This document shows, piece by piece, positions 29,220 to 39,463 of a DNA stretch of 64,000 nt. The stretch lies in the sequence record OR455461.1, one strand, 5' to 3'. Under the pieces are notes generated by a model. That model was not told the DNA's origin and searched no databases. It worked only from the letters and a program-made list of their open reading frames with translations. A program made the position numbers and the translations under genes. Numbering within the stretch: the stretch's first letter is position 1; every line of letters begins with the position of its first letter.

Positions 29220-29326
29220 TATTTATTTGTAAGTTGATCAAATCTATCATAACTCTTGTTCATTCTATTGGAACAATGATTTATAAATAAATTAATTAAA
29301 TAGAAGAAAGGAAGGTAATTTATAAA

Positions 29327-29833
29327 ATGGAAAATAGTAAAGATAAAAATATTGTAGAAGATGAAAATGAAATTGACATTAATAATGATACTAATGAAAA
29401 TCTAATTGTAAAGATATACTACTATATTAAGCAATTTAAATTTTATTTAACCCCAATTTTCCTTTCTGTTTACGCAATAATTTACGGTATTCAATTTGTT
29501 TTTAGAACTAGAGAAGCGTATAGGACATCTGAATTATATATTGCGTTATCAAAATTTATGGATTTGCAAATATACGGTGTATTTTTATTAGTCTCGGGTT
29601 TTTGTATAGGTATTTCAATATTTTTAAATAAATATATAGGAAGACCTTTTTTAATTGTCGGTTCATTTATATCTTTTGTATTATTCTTCATATACGCTGT
29701 TATATCTTTAGATAGTGCAGGTATGCAATCTACTATGATTATTCGAATTGTATTTTCTTTTGTTAACTTATTCTTAGCAGTATTTACATTTTTAGAAATG
29801 AAAGTTGAGAATATTATAGATGAACGAAAATAA
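29327..29833 (+). CDS. Multi-pass membrane protein in lysis cassette
   Basis: About four hydrophobic segments; AACA-N6-TA at 29272-29283. Confidence 0.6.
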   Translation: MENSKDKNIVEDENEIDINNDTNENLIVKIYYYIKQFKFYLTPIFLSVYAIIYGIQFVFRTREAYRTSELYIALSKFMDLQIYGVFLLVSGFCIGISIFLNKYIGRPFLIVGSFISFVLFFIYAVISLDSAGMQSTMIIRIVFSFVNLFLAVFTFLEMKVENIIDERK

Positions 29834-30368
29834 ACATTTTCAAAATAACAAAAATATAACAGAATTAGACTTATATAAAGTTAATAATTCGTTAAAAGAG
29901 GAAATAGAAGAAAAATTCGATAAAAAGATTGAAGATATAAAAACAGACAATGTTAAAACTAATAGTACTTTAGTGAGAGTTGAAGTACTATTAGAGAATA
30001 TGGGAAAAAATACAGAAGAAATTAGAAAAGAAATGAAAGAAGATCGTGCAGTCAGAAAACTAGAAGAAGAAGACAGAATTAGAAGACATAATGATTTAGA
30101 AAAACAAATAATGTCTGTTAAAGATGAATTGAATGATAATGTAGAGACTGTAGAGAGAAAGCTTAGTGATGAAATTAAAGGAGTTAAATTAGGATTAGAT
30201 ACAAAACTTAATATTGATGATTTTGAGACTAAATTTGATAATATAGAAAAAGCTGAAAATGATAGTAACAAAGAGTCTAAAGCTTTTAGACGTAATGCTG
30301 CTTTAACTTTACTAACGGTATTACTATCACCTTCAGTTGTTTTATATTTAGTTCAAAAATTTTGGTAA
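29820..30368 (+). CDS. Coiled-coil protein with C-terminal membrane anchor (XhlA-like architecture)
   Basis: Heptads then AALTLLTVLLSPSVVLYLV; adjacent to holin. Confidence 0.5.
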   Translation: MNENKHFQNNKNITELDLYKVNNSLKEEIEEKFDKKIEDIKTDNVKTNSTLVRVEVLLENMGKNTEEIRKEMKEDRAVRKLEEEDRIRRHNDLEKQIMSVKDELNDNVETVERKLSDEIKGVKLGLDTKLNIDDFETKFDNIEKAENDSNKESKAFRRNAALTLLTVLLSPSVVLYLVQKFW

Positions 30369-30396
30369 CGATAACATAGAAAGTAGGAAAATTTTA

Positions 30397-30921
30397 ATGG
30401 CAAAGAATTTAAAAGTAGGTAAAGATAAATATATTAATGTATTAGTTAGATTTAAAAATAAAGCATGGACGGCTGCTTTATTAGTTCAATTAGTCAACGT
30501 AGTTATTTTCTTAATTCGTGCTTTTGGTGGAGAAGTTACTGGTGACACTGAAACTAATGTTTTAAGTATTGTTCAAGTTTTAGCAGGTGTTATATCTAGT
30601 TTAATTGGTCGTTTTATAGACAGTACTACTGAAGGATTAGCTGACTCTGAACGTAACCTAGTTAAAAGTAGACCTACTGTAAATAATGAAAAATCTCTTC
30701 AAGCAGTGGACTATGACGGTACAGTTCTTCCTCCAGTAAAGCCTTTTTTGGAGCAAGAGAACAGCCAAGAAACTACAAACTTACAAAACAATCAAAATTC
30801 AAATGAAAGTAATTTTGGCGGTGGATCAGTAGGTAGTGAAACTATTGATAATGAAGTTAATATAGATTCTAATTACAATCCAGAAATATTTGGTGGAGGA
30901 TCTTCTTCTGAAGATAATTAA
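30397..30921 (+). CDS. Holin, phi LC3 family
   Basis: IN.LVRFKNKAW..AL motif, two TM segments, ..DSTTEGLADSE. Confidence 0.8.
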   Translation: MAKNLKVGKDKYINVLVRFKNKAWTAALLVQLVNVVIFLIRAFGGEVTGDTETNVLSIVQVLAGVISSLIGRFIDSTTEGLADSERNLVKSRPTVNNEKSLQAVDYDGTVLPPVKPFLEQENSQETTNLQNNQNSNESNFGGGSVGSETIDNEVNIDSNYNPEIFGGGSSSEDN

Positions 30922-30942
30922 AATTAATAATAAACATAATTT

Positions 30943-30972
30943 ACGGTAACACTCTTAGTTGAGTGTTACCGT
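30943..30972 (+). terminator. Terminator after holin
   Basis: ACGGTAACACTC/GAGTGTTACCGT stem plus TATTTT. Confidence 0.8.
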
Positions 30973-31049
30973 TATTTTATAAAAATTTTTAATACATATA
31001 TAACGTTAATATTATAAATTAATGTGTTACTTAGAAAGGGAGTTTAGGG

Positions 31050-31679
31050 GTGGCAAAAAAGAAAAAAGAAGTTCCTAAGAAGATACTAGATAAAATTGAA
31101 GAAGCTAAAAAATGTAATATAGATATGAATAAAAAAGAAAATTCTATTATAATAAATATTGAAGACCATGAAGTTTATCAATATTTAAGACACCGTAGAA
31201 ATGGTTATAGAATGTATGATCCTCTACATGCTTATAAAAAAGTATTAGAAGATATGTTTAAAAATTTATTAATAATAAATGATGATGTAAATGAATTAAT
31301 TAAAGAAAATTTCAATAATGCAATAGATATAACTTTAATAGTAGAATGTAATCCAGTTAACAATACAGATTCTATTAAAAAAATATTATATAAATTATTA
31401 GGTAAAGTTTTTAGAGTTAAAACACCTGATACAGATAATTTTCAAAAAACTATATTCGATATTATGAATGATATATTTTGGAAAGATGATGCACAAATTG
31501 TTAAAATTAATGCAGAGAAAAAATACTCATATGATTTTAAAGATAAGACTTACATAAAACTAACTTATCATGAAGATCATAAAGATTATGAAAAAGGTTC
31601 ATTAACTAAAGAAGAAAAAGAGCAATATAAAGAATTAATCGAAAAAATTAAAATGTATAAAGAAAGAGGTATTTTATAA
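31050..31679 (+). CDS. rusA: RusA-family Holliday junction resolvase
   Basis: PDTDNFQKTIFD...WKDDAQIV catalytic signature. Confidence 0.85.
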   Translation: MAKKKKEVPKKILDKIEEAKKCNIDMNKKENSIIINIEDHEVYQYLRHRRNGYRMYDPLHAYKKVLEDMFKNLLIINDDVNELIKENFNNAIDITLIVECNPVNNTDSIKKILYKLLGKVFRVKTPDTDNFQKTIFDIMNDIFWKDDAQIVKINAEKKYSYDFKDKTYIKLTYHEDHKDYEKGSLTKEEKEQYKELIEKIKMYKERGIL

Positions 31680-31680
31680 A

Positions 31681-32196
31681 ATGGCTGAAATGAAAAATAG
31701 TAGAGATGTATTAATCGGAGAAGAAAAAGATATTAGAGATTTACAATTATTAATGAGAATTAGAAATAATATTATGAATTATGTAGATGTAGAAAATACA
31801 ATTGATATTATTCGAAATGTAATTAATGATTCTGAAAACTTTAGCTTTAGATCTAAACAGGCAGAAAAATTTATTGATGTTAAAAAACCTGTATTTGTTA
31901 TTAAATTAGATGATAGTGAATTATCTGCTAAGAACAAACAAAGCTTTGAAGGTAGTGAAAGTGATTATCAAAGTTATATAGATAATTATGAAAAAGATGT
32001 AGCTGATAAACTTGATAGAGAAGTTTTAAAATATATAGGTAAAGCTATTTTTGATTCTATTAAAGATGATAGTGAATTGGATAGATTATTAAAAGATAAT
32101 GAGCTAGAAATGAAAGATTTAATGATTACAAATATTTATGTGTATAAATTATCAGATCCTTATACTAATGCAATCAATCTTTCATTATTTATTTAA
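31681..32196 (+). CDS. Hypothetical protein (171 aa)
   Basis: Long ORF coupled to rusA. Confidence 0.7.
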   Translation: MAEMKNSRDVLIGEEKDIRDLQLLMRIRNNIMNYVDVENTIDIIRNVINDSENFSFRSKQAEKFIDVKKPVFVIKLDDSELSAKNKQSFEGSESDYQSYIDNYEKDVADKLDREVLKYIGKAIFDSIKDDSELDRLLKDNELEMKDLMITNIYVYKLSDPYTNAINLSLFI

Positions 32197-32275
32197 TACA
32201 TGAATACTATTAAAACTAGTAAAACATTCTCTTATAATAATAAAAATAAGAGCGAAAGTTTGGTGAATATTCATA

Positions 32276-35272
32276 ATGGAAGATAAAGATAAAAATCTCT
32301 TACAAATAAGTGAAGAGATGAACTCTATTAAGTCTAAAATAAATTCTTTAGTTCAAGATCAAGATAGTATTAAGAATTTATCAGAAGATAATAAGAATAA
32401 GATTAATGTACTCAATGAAAATTTGGATAATATTGATAAAGAAAATGATAACTTAATAGAAAAATTAAGAAATTTAGATGGTAGTCATGATATTGATTTA
32501 GATCTTTCTAATTATGTTACACTCGATACACTTAAAACAGAATTAAGAAAATATCAAAAATTAAGTATTGATTATATTGATAGATTAGCTGAAGGTGGTT
32601 GGGATTCTGATATTAAAGGTAATTTGGAAAACCTTAATGGCAGAGTCTCAGCTAATGAAGAATCAATTTCTTCAACTATGTCTAAAGTTAATAAGTATGA
32701 ATCATATATACAATATTTAAGCACTAAAGTTGAACAAACAGCTGAGTCTATTAAGAGTATTGCTACTGATTACACACTTAATGAAATCAATCAAAGTATT
32801 ACTAAATTAGAATCATTTAGAGAACAAACAGCTAGAGTTTTACAAGATACAGTTACTAGAGCTGACATAGACACTATGAATAATAAAGTAACTGAATTTG
32901 AAAGTCAAGTATCTCAGTTTGCAGATTTAATAGAACAAACTGTTTCTAAATCAGAAATTGATGGAATCACTATTGGTGGTAAAAACTTACTAGAGAATTC
33001 ATTAGCTATTAAAGGTAATTGGTTATTATATCCTGAAAGTTTATCTTCAACTAATGAAAATGCTTTAACGTTTGGTCAAGATAATAACGGTAAGAGTTAT
33101 TTTACTATTAATACAGATGGAATAGAAGGAGAAGTTGGAGCTATAAGCTATAATTCTTTCTCTTTAAAATATAATGAGACTTATACTATTTCATTTGATT
33201 TTAGATCAGATACATTTAATAGACTTGATCATTGTTACTTCATTGATCCTTCAGGTAATTATACTACACCTATTGCTGAAAAATATTTAGATATTGATGA
33301 AGAATGGCATAGATACTCATTTGTATATAAACAAACTTTAACTGGAAGAAATAGTACAAAATTATTAATTGGTGTAGATACTGATTTAAACCAATTAAAT
33401 GGTACATTTGATATATCTAGTGTTAAAGTTGAAAGAGGTAGTGTATCATCTGACTGGACTCCTGCACCAGAAGACTTTGATAATATGTTAGAGAATTATA
33501 ATAAAGATATCAATAGTAAAATAATTAATATTGAAGAGAATGCCATTGGATTAGGAGATACTGTTACTGAAGCTTTTAAAGATGGTATTATATCTAATGC
33601 AGAAAAAATAGCTATTGAAAAGCAAAAGAATATTATTGATAAAGATAAAAAAGAAATAGATCAAATATTTAATTCATTATATGCAAATAAAATGATGACA
33701 AATAGTGTTAAAACTGAATTGAAAAATAATTACGATTTATTCAATGAAAAATATAATATACTATTACAAGATATAACTAATACAATTTCAGATGGAATAG
33801 CTACTAAAGAAGAAGTAGCTCAATTTAATACAAATTTCTTAAGATATAATGAATCTCAATCAAATATTAAAGCATCCATTCAAAAGGCAGTAGATAATAT
33901 TTCTAATGGCTATGCAGTTGATGAAGCTAGTAAAATCACTGTAGGTGGAATGAACTTAGTAAGTTATGCAAATATTTTAGCTATAGGATCTGCAACTTTA
34001 AATAAGACTACTTATAAAGAGAACGGTGAAATGAATATAGCTTTAACTGCTAACGGACAAGGTATTAAATTTAAATTAGATAAAGTGAGAAATAGACGTG
34101 AACATGTATTAGGTTTTAATTTAGAAAAGAAAACTGGTACACTGGCAAATGTTGATATTAATATTCCTAATGCTTCTGTAACTTCTTGTTCTGTTAATGG
34201 TAATAAAATTGGAAGTGATTCTAGAAGTATTACATTTAACGATACATCATCATTGACATTTATTGAAGTTGTATTTATACCTAATGACAGTTTTACAACT
34301 AGTTCTCTTATAGAAATGGTTATTAATCGTAATGGTTCATTCCCATTATCTGTAGATATAGAAGGATTAAAAGTAGAAGAAGGTAATAAAGCTACTGCTT
34401 GGCAACCTTCAATAAATGATAGTAATGCTAGAATAACTAATATGGAAAGTAGAATTAGTCAAACTGAATCTAAAATAGACTTATCTGTAACAAAAGAGAC
34501 ATATAATGCAGATAAATCTAAAATGGAAAAAATGGGTTCTGCATTATCTATATTAGCAAATGGTATTTCTATGTCATCTAGTTCAAATGATAAACTATCT
34601 ACTTTTGATATTGATCCTAATAGTATTGCTCTTAAATCTAATATGGTTAATATTAATGATGGAGACGTTATTATTCAAAATGGTAGAGCTACTATTAAAG
34701 AAGCTTCTATTACTAATTTGATGTCTAAAAATATAGTTGTTCAAACTATGTTAGATGCAATGGGACAAGTTAAAGGCGGTATGACAATAAAACGTCCAGA
34801 TGGAGGTTATATTATATACAATGGTATGCCTCAGTTTGCTACAGCTTATGTACGTTCAGAACCAGGTGTACAAGATTTAATGTCTAATGGTACTCCTAGA
34901 TTTAAAAATGTTGGTAACGCATTTATGTTTAGTGACAAAACTACAGGAAGTTATTTCAGACGTGCAATGACTCTATACGGTCAACATGAAACTAGATGGT
35001 TGCATATAGGTATTTGGTATGCTACTCCACAATGTGGAATAGATATTAAGGTGGATTCATTTAATGAACAAAATGGAGTTATCTTTGATAAAACTATCTC
35101 TATAGCTAAAGATACTTCAACTAGTGTAACTAAAACTAAATTTAAAGAAATAAGAGTAGATATGGGAACTCCTCAACAATCTATAGCATCCATTGCTATT
35201 AGAGCTAGAGTAAAACCTGGTCAAAAAGGTAATGCTTGGTTCTTAAACTCTTATATTTATGGTAGAAATTAA
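32276..35272 (+). CDS. Second tail fibre / receptor-binding protein (998 aa)
   Basis: IGGKNLL..VERGSVSSDWTPAPED and VGGMNLV..EEGNKATAWQP modules; promoter AACATTCTCTTA 32223-32234. Confidence 0.8.
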   Translation: MEDKDKNLLQISEEMNSIKSKINSLVQDQDSIKNLSEDNKNKINVLNENLDNIDKENDNLIEKLRNLDGSHDIDLDLSNYVTLDTLKTELRKYQKLSIDYIDRLAEGGWDSDIKGNLENLNGRVSANEESISSTMSKVNKYESYIQYLSTKVEQTAESIKSIATDYTLNEINQSITKLESFREQTARVLQDTVTRADIDTMNNKVTEFESQVSQFADLIEQTVSKSEIDGITIGGKNLLENSLAIKGNWLLYPESLSSTNENALTFGQDNNGKSYFTINTDGIEGEVGAISYNSFSLKYNETYTISFDFRSDTFNRLDHCYFIDPSGNYTTPIAEKYLDIDEEWHRYSFVYKQTLTGRNSTKLLIGVDTDLNQLNGTFDISSVKVERGSVSSDWTPAPEDFDNMLENYNKDINSKIINIEENAIGLGDTVTEAFKDGIISNAEKIAIEKQKNIIDKDKKEIDQIFNSLYANKMMTNSVKTELKNNYDLFNEKYNILLQDITNTISDGIATKEEVAQFNTNFLRYNESQSNIKASIQKAVDNISNGYAVDEASKITVGGMNLVSYANILAIGSATLNKTTYKENGEMNIALTANGQGIKFKLDKVRNRREHVLGFNLEKKTGTLANVDINIPNASVTSCSVNGNKIGSDSRSITFNDTSSLTFIEVVFIPNDSFTTSSLIEMVINRNGSFPLSVDIEGLKVEEGNKATAWQPSINDSNARITNMESRISQTESKIDLSVTKETYNADKSKMEKMGSALSILANGISMSSSSNDKLSTFDIDPNSIALKSNMVNINDGDVIIQNGRATIKEASITNLMSKNIVVQTMLDAMGQVKGGMTIKRPDGGYIIYNGMPQFATAYVRSEPGVQDLMSNGTPRFKNVGNAFMFSDKTTGSYFRRAMTLYGQHETRWLHIGIWYATPQCGIDIKVDSFNEQNGVIFDKTISIAKDTSTSVTKTKFKEIRVDMGTPQQSIASIAIRARVKPGQKGNAWFLNSYIYGRN

Positions 35273-35293
35273 TATATGAAAGGATGAAGAACT

Positions 35294-35728
35294 TTGTCAG
35301 AAGAAAATAAAGAAGAAGTTATGTTAGATTTAGCAGTAACAGTTGATAAAGAAGGAAATATTATTGACTATGAAACTCTTCAATATGAAGATGAACCTAC
35401 AACTTTACATTTAAAAACAAAAATACCTTTTAAATATAAAGATCAAATAGATAAATTTTATGTAGTTATGGAAGGATTTAAACCTGTAACTAAATTAAAA
35501 GAAAATGAAGAAATTGATGAAAATAGATTAATGTCAGAATCTGATATTGAAGATCATCAAAGACGTAAAATAGATCGTATTAAGAATATGAATCTTATGA
35601 GTGAAGAGTTATCTAAAGGTGTAGATACAAACTTTAAAGGAACTTATGGCGGAGATGATTTTCAGTCATTAGGTAGCAAAACAAACCCTTTAGATGGTAT
35701 TGATGCTTTTGGTAATCGTATATATTAA
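35294..35728 (+). CDS. Small protein downstream of second fibre (possible chaperone)
   Basis: Same position as, and weak similarity to, 28220 protein. Confidence 0.45.
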   Translation: MSEENKEEVMLDLAVTVDKEGNIIDYETLQYEDEPTTLHLKTKIPFKYKDQIDKFYVVMEGFKPVTKLKENEEIDENRLMSESDIEDHQRRKIDRIKNMNLMSEELSKGVDTNFKGTYGGDDFQSLGSKTNPLDGIDAFGNRIY

Positions 35729-35745
35729 AAAAAAAATAATAAAAT

Positions 35746-35775
35746 TCCCCTAACCTAAATTAATAGGTTAGGGGA
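35746..35775. terminator. Bidirectional terminator
   Basis: TCCCCTAACCTA/TAGGTTAGGGGA stem between convergent genes. Confidence 0.8.
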
Positions 35776-35793
35776 TATATTTTTAAATTTTAA

Positions 35794-36420
35794 TTAACCG
35801 AAAATACGATCTAATGATTCTTCTAATGATTCGTTTGTGCTTTCTTCATCTTCTGAATCTTCTTCTTCGTCTTCATCTTCTTTAGTAATTTTATCTACAT
35901 CTTCTTCAGGTTTTTCTTTAGAATCTAGAGATTTTTCTGAATTCATTTTGTTAGCTTTAGTTGTCTGCTTATCCACATCCATCTCAGGCTTTTCATTTTC
36001 TTCGAATAGACGTTCTAATTCTTCTTCTAATGAATCTTCATCATCTTCAGAATCTTCATCTTCGTCTTCATCTTCATCTTCTTCTTCAGAATCATCTTCG
36101 TCAGACTCTTCAACTGAATCTTCATCTTCTTCAGAATCATCTTCGTCAGACTCTTCAACTGAATCGTCTTCATCTTCATCTTCTTCAGAATCTTCTTCAT
36201 CTGCCGATTCAATGAGGTTTTCAAATTGTTCTTCTACTGAAGTTTCCTCTGAATCTTCATCATCTTTTTTATCAGATTTTGTTTCAGAATCTTCTTTAGA
36301 TTCACTTTCATCTTCATCTGCTGATTCAATGATACTTTCGAATTGTTCTTCAAGAGCTTCTTCCTGAGCTTGCTCGAAAAGTTGTTCTAACTCTTCTTGA
36401 ATTGCATTTTGTTTTTCCAT
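35794..36420 (-). CDS. Extremely acidic protein, scaffold/internal-head-like
   Basis: D/E/S-rich with many LEE, IIES and LIES motifs. Confidence 0.55.
   Translation of the reverse strand: MEKQNAIQEELEQLFEQAQEEALEEQFESIIESADEDESESKEDSETKSDKKDDEDSEETSVEEQFENLIESADEEDSEEDEDEDDSVEESDEDDSEEDEDSVEESDEDDSEEEDEDEDEDEDSEDDEDSLEEELERLFEENEKPEMDVDKQTTKANKMNSEKSLDSKEKPEEDVDKITKEDEDEEEDSEDEESTNESLEESLDRIFG
36081..36165. repeat. 45-bp-period tandem duplication (DSVEESDEDDSEE x2)
   Basis: Identical 40-mers at 36081-36120 and 36126-36165. Confidence 0.9.
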
Positions 36421-36560
36421 AATAAGTAATTCTCCTTTTTCAAAATATTTATATAATGATATAAAAATTATGTTTTGTTATTTTTCTAAATACGTGTACA
36501 GATTAATAAAAAATTGTTCATATTAATCTAAAAAATACAATTTCTGATAAAAAAAAAATA

Positions 36561-36596
36561 AATCACATATCTTAAAATTAATTAAGATATGTGATT
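36561..36596 (-). terminator. Terminator ending early gene block
   Basis: AATCACATATCTTAA/TTAAGATATGTGATT stem plus poly-T on minus strand. Confidence 0.8.
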
Positions 36597-36610
36597 GTTA
36601 TTAATAAATA

Positions 36611-37309
36611 TTAAATAAATGCATTTTTAATTTTTGCTTTTCTTTCTATATCTTTGAATTCATCTTCTTCTATAAAATCAAAATTATAATTAGACATTAA
36701 TGCATAAGTTAATGTATTAAAAATAGGACTTTCCTTACAATATTTTTCTCCTAAATTACTTATCAAATATATTATAGAACAAGTGTCTTCATCATTATAA
36801 TTCTTTATATTAATTATTATTCTATCTCGTTTTCTATTTTTAGGTTTACTTAATGTAAATATATAGGTATACTTATCCCTTAAATATTTTATTTCTTTAT
36901 GAATATTTTTTATTAATAATTCAGCTTGTTCTTTTTGTTCTTTATTACTAATCATGAATTCAAAGCTCATATTTAATAATGCTCTTTCATCATTAGGATT
37001 ATAAGGTCTATTGTAATTACTTTTATATAACACTATATTTAAAAAATCTTCATTGTTATAATAATCCATATTATTATAATCATTTAAAGATTTCAGTATA
37101 TCAACTATAGTTTCTTTATTTATAAAAGTTTTTAAATAGTCTATATTCATATCACTTAATCTTACTGATTTATCAAAATTGTTAACCATGTTTGGTATTC
37201 TTAAATAAACTGGGTTATCTTTATATAAATCACATAATTGATTAAAACTTAAAGGAATTACTCTAGGACCTATTAGTTCTTTTTCTTTAATTATTCTAAT
37301 ATCAATCAC
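36611..37309 (-). CDS. Hypothetical protein, variant C-terminal tag (...EFKDIERKAKIKNAFI)
   Basis: Long ORF; tail resembles shared tag with altered spacing. Confidence 0.7.
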   Translation of the reverse strand: MIDIRIIKEKELIGPRVIPLSFNQLCDLYKDNPVYLRIPNMVNNFDKSVRLSDMNIDYLKTFINKETIVDILKSLNDYNNMDYYNNEDFLNIVLYKSNYNRPYNPNDERALLNMSFEFMISNKEQKEQAELLIKNIHKEIKYLRDKYTYIFTLSKPKNRKRDRIIINIKNYNDEDTCSIIYLISNLGEKYCKESPIFNTLTYALMSNYNFDFIEEDEFKDIERKAKIKNAFI

Positions 37310-37322
37310 TTTCTTTCTATTA

Positions 37323-37985
37323 TTATATAAATAATTCTTTAGTTAATATTGAATTATATTCTTTTTTATCTATAATTTCTACAAAATTTCTATGATCCAA
37401 AAGAACTTTTATCTCATTATTGAATTTATTATAATCATCTGCATACACTGCAATATTATCCAAAATGAATTGAATGATCTTAATATAGTTTGAATAAAAT
37501 AAATTCTCTATAAATTCATCTATTTTATTTTTATCTATTAAAAATATTAATGTCAAATCTAGTACATACTCTCTATTGTAATGATCCAGAGAAACAGATT
37601 TTAAAAAATCTAGATCAATTTCATGTATACTATCTATAAATTCTTTTTGGTTTTCAATTAAATCTGTATAGCTTTTTAAACTGAAATACATATTCATTAT
37701 ATATCTATTTTTAGATGTTTTACTAATAAAGAATTCCAATTTACTATTAAAGAAATCCATATGAACTACTTTCATATTTTCTCTATTAAGAATTTCAAAT
37801 ATTTTATTAGCTATACATTTAGATGCTTTTTCCATATTATTAATTTCTTCATCAGAATTAATTAAATAAATTGATCTGTCTTTATTATCATTAAAGTCAT
37901 AGATCTTTTTATTACCGTTGGCACTTTTTTTATGATAAAATATATTTACATTTTCTTTGTTAAAACGATATAAGTAGTTAACCAT
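37323..37985 (-). CDS. Hypothetical protein with C-terminal tag (IDKKEYNSILTKELFI)
   Basis: ORF plus tag. Confidence 0.75.
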   Translation of the reverse strand: MVNYLYRFNKENVNIFYHKKSANGNKKIYDFNDNKDRSIYLINSDEEINNMEKASKCIANKIFEILNRENMKVVHMDFFNSKLEFFISKTSKNRYIMNMYFSLKSYTDLIENQKEFIDSIHEIDLDFLKSVSLDHYNREYVLDLTLIFLIDKNKIDEFIENLFYSNYIKIIQFILDNIAVYADDYNKFNNEIKVLLDHRNFVEIIDKKEYNSILTKELFI

Positions 37986-38061
37986 AAAAGCATCTCATCC
38001 ATTTCTATATTATAATATAATAAAAAGTTACTATATTACTATGGATGAGATGTTATATAAT

Positions 38062-38904
38062 CTATTTAAAACTTTCTTTTACTGCTATCTTCTTATATTC
38101 ATCTTCTTGTACAAAAGTTATTTTTTCTTTATTTTTATTAATAATATCTTTATACGATATAGAATCTAAATTATCTAGTACTTCATCTTTAAAATATAAA
38201 GAATATAATTCGATACCTTTTTTATCTCTAAAGAAATTACAATTTAGTATTTGGTAATTATATTTTCTCATTAAAACTGATAAGAAATTATTTAATTCTT
38301 CTTTATTAGGAATTAAAAAGAATTTCATATTTTTCATTTCTTTATCATTTATACGATCTCTCCTAGATATATTGATATATGAAGTTATTGTTTTTGAAAT
38401 AACTTCATATAATTTATTTGGAGATGAATAATTATTAAAAAGATAAGGATTGATTTGCTTTCTATTTTTACCTTTTACATAATTATCTAATTTAAATTGA
38501 TACTCTTTAAATCTATTTAATATTTTTCTATTTACTTTATTAGATAAAATTAAATAATAACCTTCTTTAGTACCACGATTTTCTATATATAATATATCTA
38601 TTCTATTATCTATATCTTTTTTAACATGTCTAAATAATTTTTTATTAAATAATTGCATTACTTCATTTATATTAAAATAATTGTCACTATATCTTTCATC
38701 TTCAGGTGTAATATCATGTACAAATATTGTACCTACTTGTGGCATAAATTTTCCATCATTTTTATAATTTGAATTATAATTTACAACAGAATTGATAAAG
38801 AATTTATAAAAATTTTCATCTTCATTATTTTTATATAGCATATTGAATTTTATACTCTCATTATTCTTCTTAGTTAGTCTTTTATCTATTTTAATGATTT
38901 CCAT
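38062..38904 (-). CDS. Hypothetical protein with C-terminal tag (VQEDEYKKIAVKESFK)
   Basis: ORF plus tag. Confidence 0.75.
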   Translation of the reverse strand: MEIIKIDKRLTKKNNESIKFNMLYKNNEDENFYKFFINSVVNYNSNYKNDGKFMPQVGTIFVHDITPEDERYSDNYFNINEVMQLFNKKLFRHVKKDIDNRIDILYIENRGTKEGYYLILSNKVNRKILNRFKEYQFKLDNYVKGKNRKQINPYLFNNYSSPNKLYEVISKTITSYINISRRDRINDKEMKNMKFFLIPNKEELNNFLSVLMRKYNYQILNCNFFRDKKGIELYSLYFKDEVLDNLDSISYKDIINKNKEKITFVQEDEYKKIAVKESFK

Positions 38905-38922
38905 AATATCAATTTCCTCTCC

Positions 38923-39462
38923 TTATTTAAATGTCTCTTTTACTATAAATTTCTTGTATTCTTCTTTAGACATATCATCTATATATCCTTTATATTCATA
39001 TAAATTATAATCAGAACTATAGAAAATAACGTCTTCTTCTTCTCCATCATGTTCTGGAAGAAAATCAAAATTGTATGAAAAAACTATATACATATCTTCT
39101 TTAATATTACGTATATAACTATTAAAAATAAATTTATTCATATTTTTACTTTTTAAGAAACTAATATTTTTAGTATATTCTTCTCCATTTTCATGAACGT
39201 GAATTATATTATTTAAATGATTATCTTCAACCCATTCAGGGCTATTCTCAAATGATATGTGTTTAACTACTTCATTATTCATATTTATCAATTTAAAATT
39301 AATCAATACGTTTCCTGGTGTAGTTTCTACATTATGTTTAAATCTATAAGACATATAAGTGTCGATGATTTCCTTATTTGAAATTTCTCCTTCATCTCTT
39401 ATTAAATGAAATATGTCAAAGTGACCGTCTTGTTCTATTCTAAATTTTTTAATGATTTCCAT
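38923..39462 (-). CDS. Hypothetical protein with C-terminal tag (MSKEEYKKFIVKETFK)
   Basis: ORF plus tag. Confidence 0.75.
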   Translation of the reverse strand: MEIIKKFRIEQDGHFDIFHLIRDEGEISNKEIIDTYMSYRFKHNVETTPGNVLINFKLINMNNEVVKHISFENSPEWVEDNHLNNIIHVHENGEEYTKNISFLKSKNMNKFIFNSYIRNIKEDMYIVFSYNFDFLPEHDGEEEDVIFYSSDYNLYEYKGYIDDMSKEEYKKFIVKETFK

Positions 39463-39463
39463 T

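Noticed and set aside
19539-35272. Diversity-generating retroelement in the tail fibres
   Set aside because: The repeats are protein-level module duplications. No template/variable repeat pair differing only at adenines and no reverse transcriptase was seen in the window.
37385-37400. Fourth copy of TTTCTATGATCCA
   Set aside because: Lies inside a coding region in the opposite orientation (LDHRNF codons); probably incidental.
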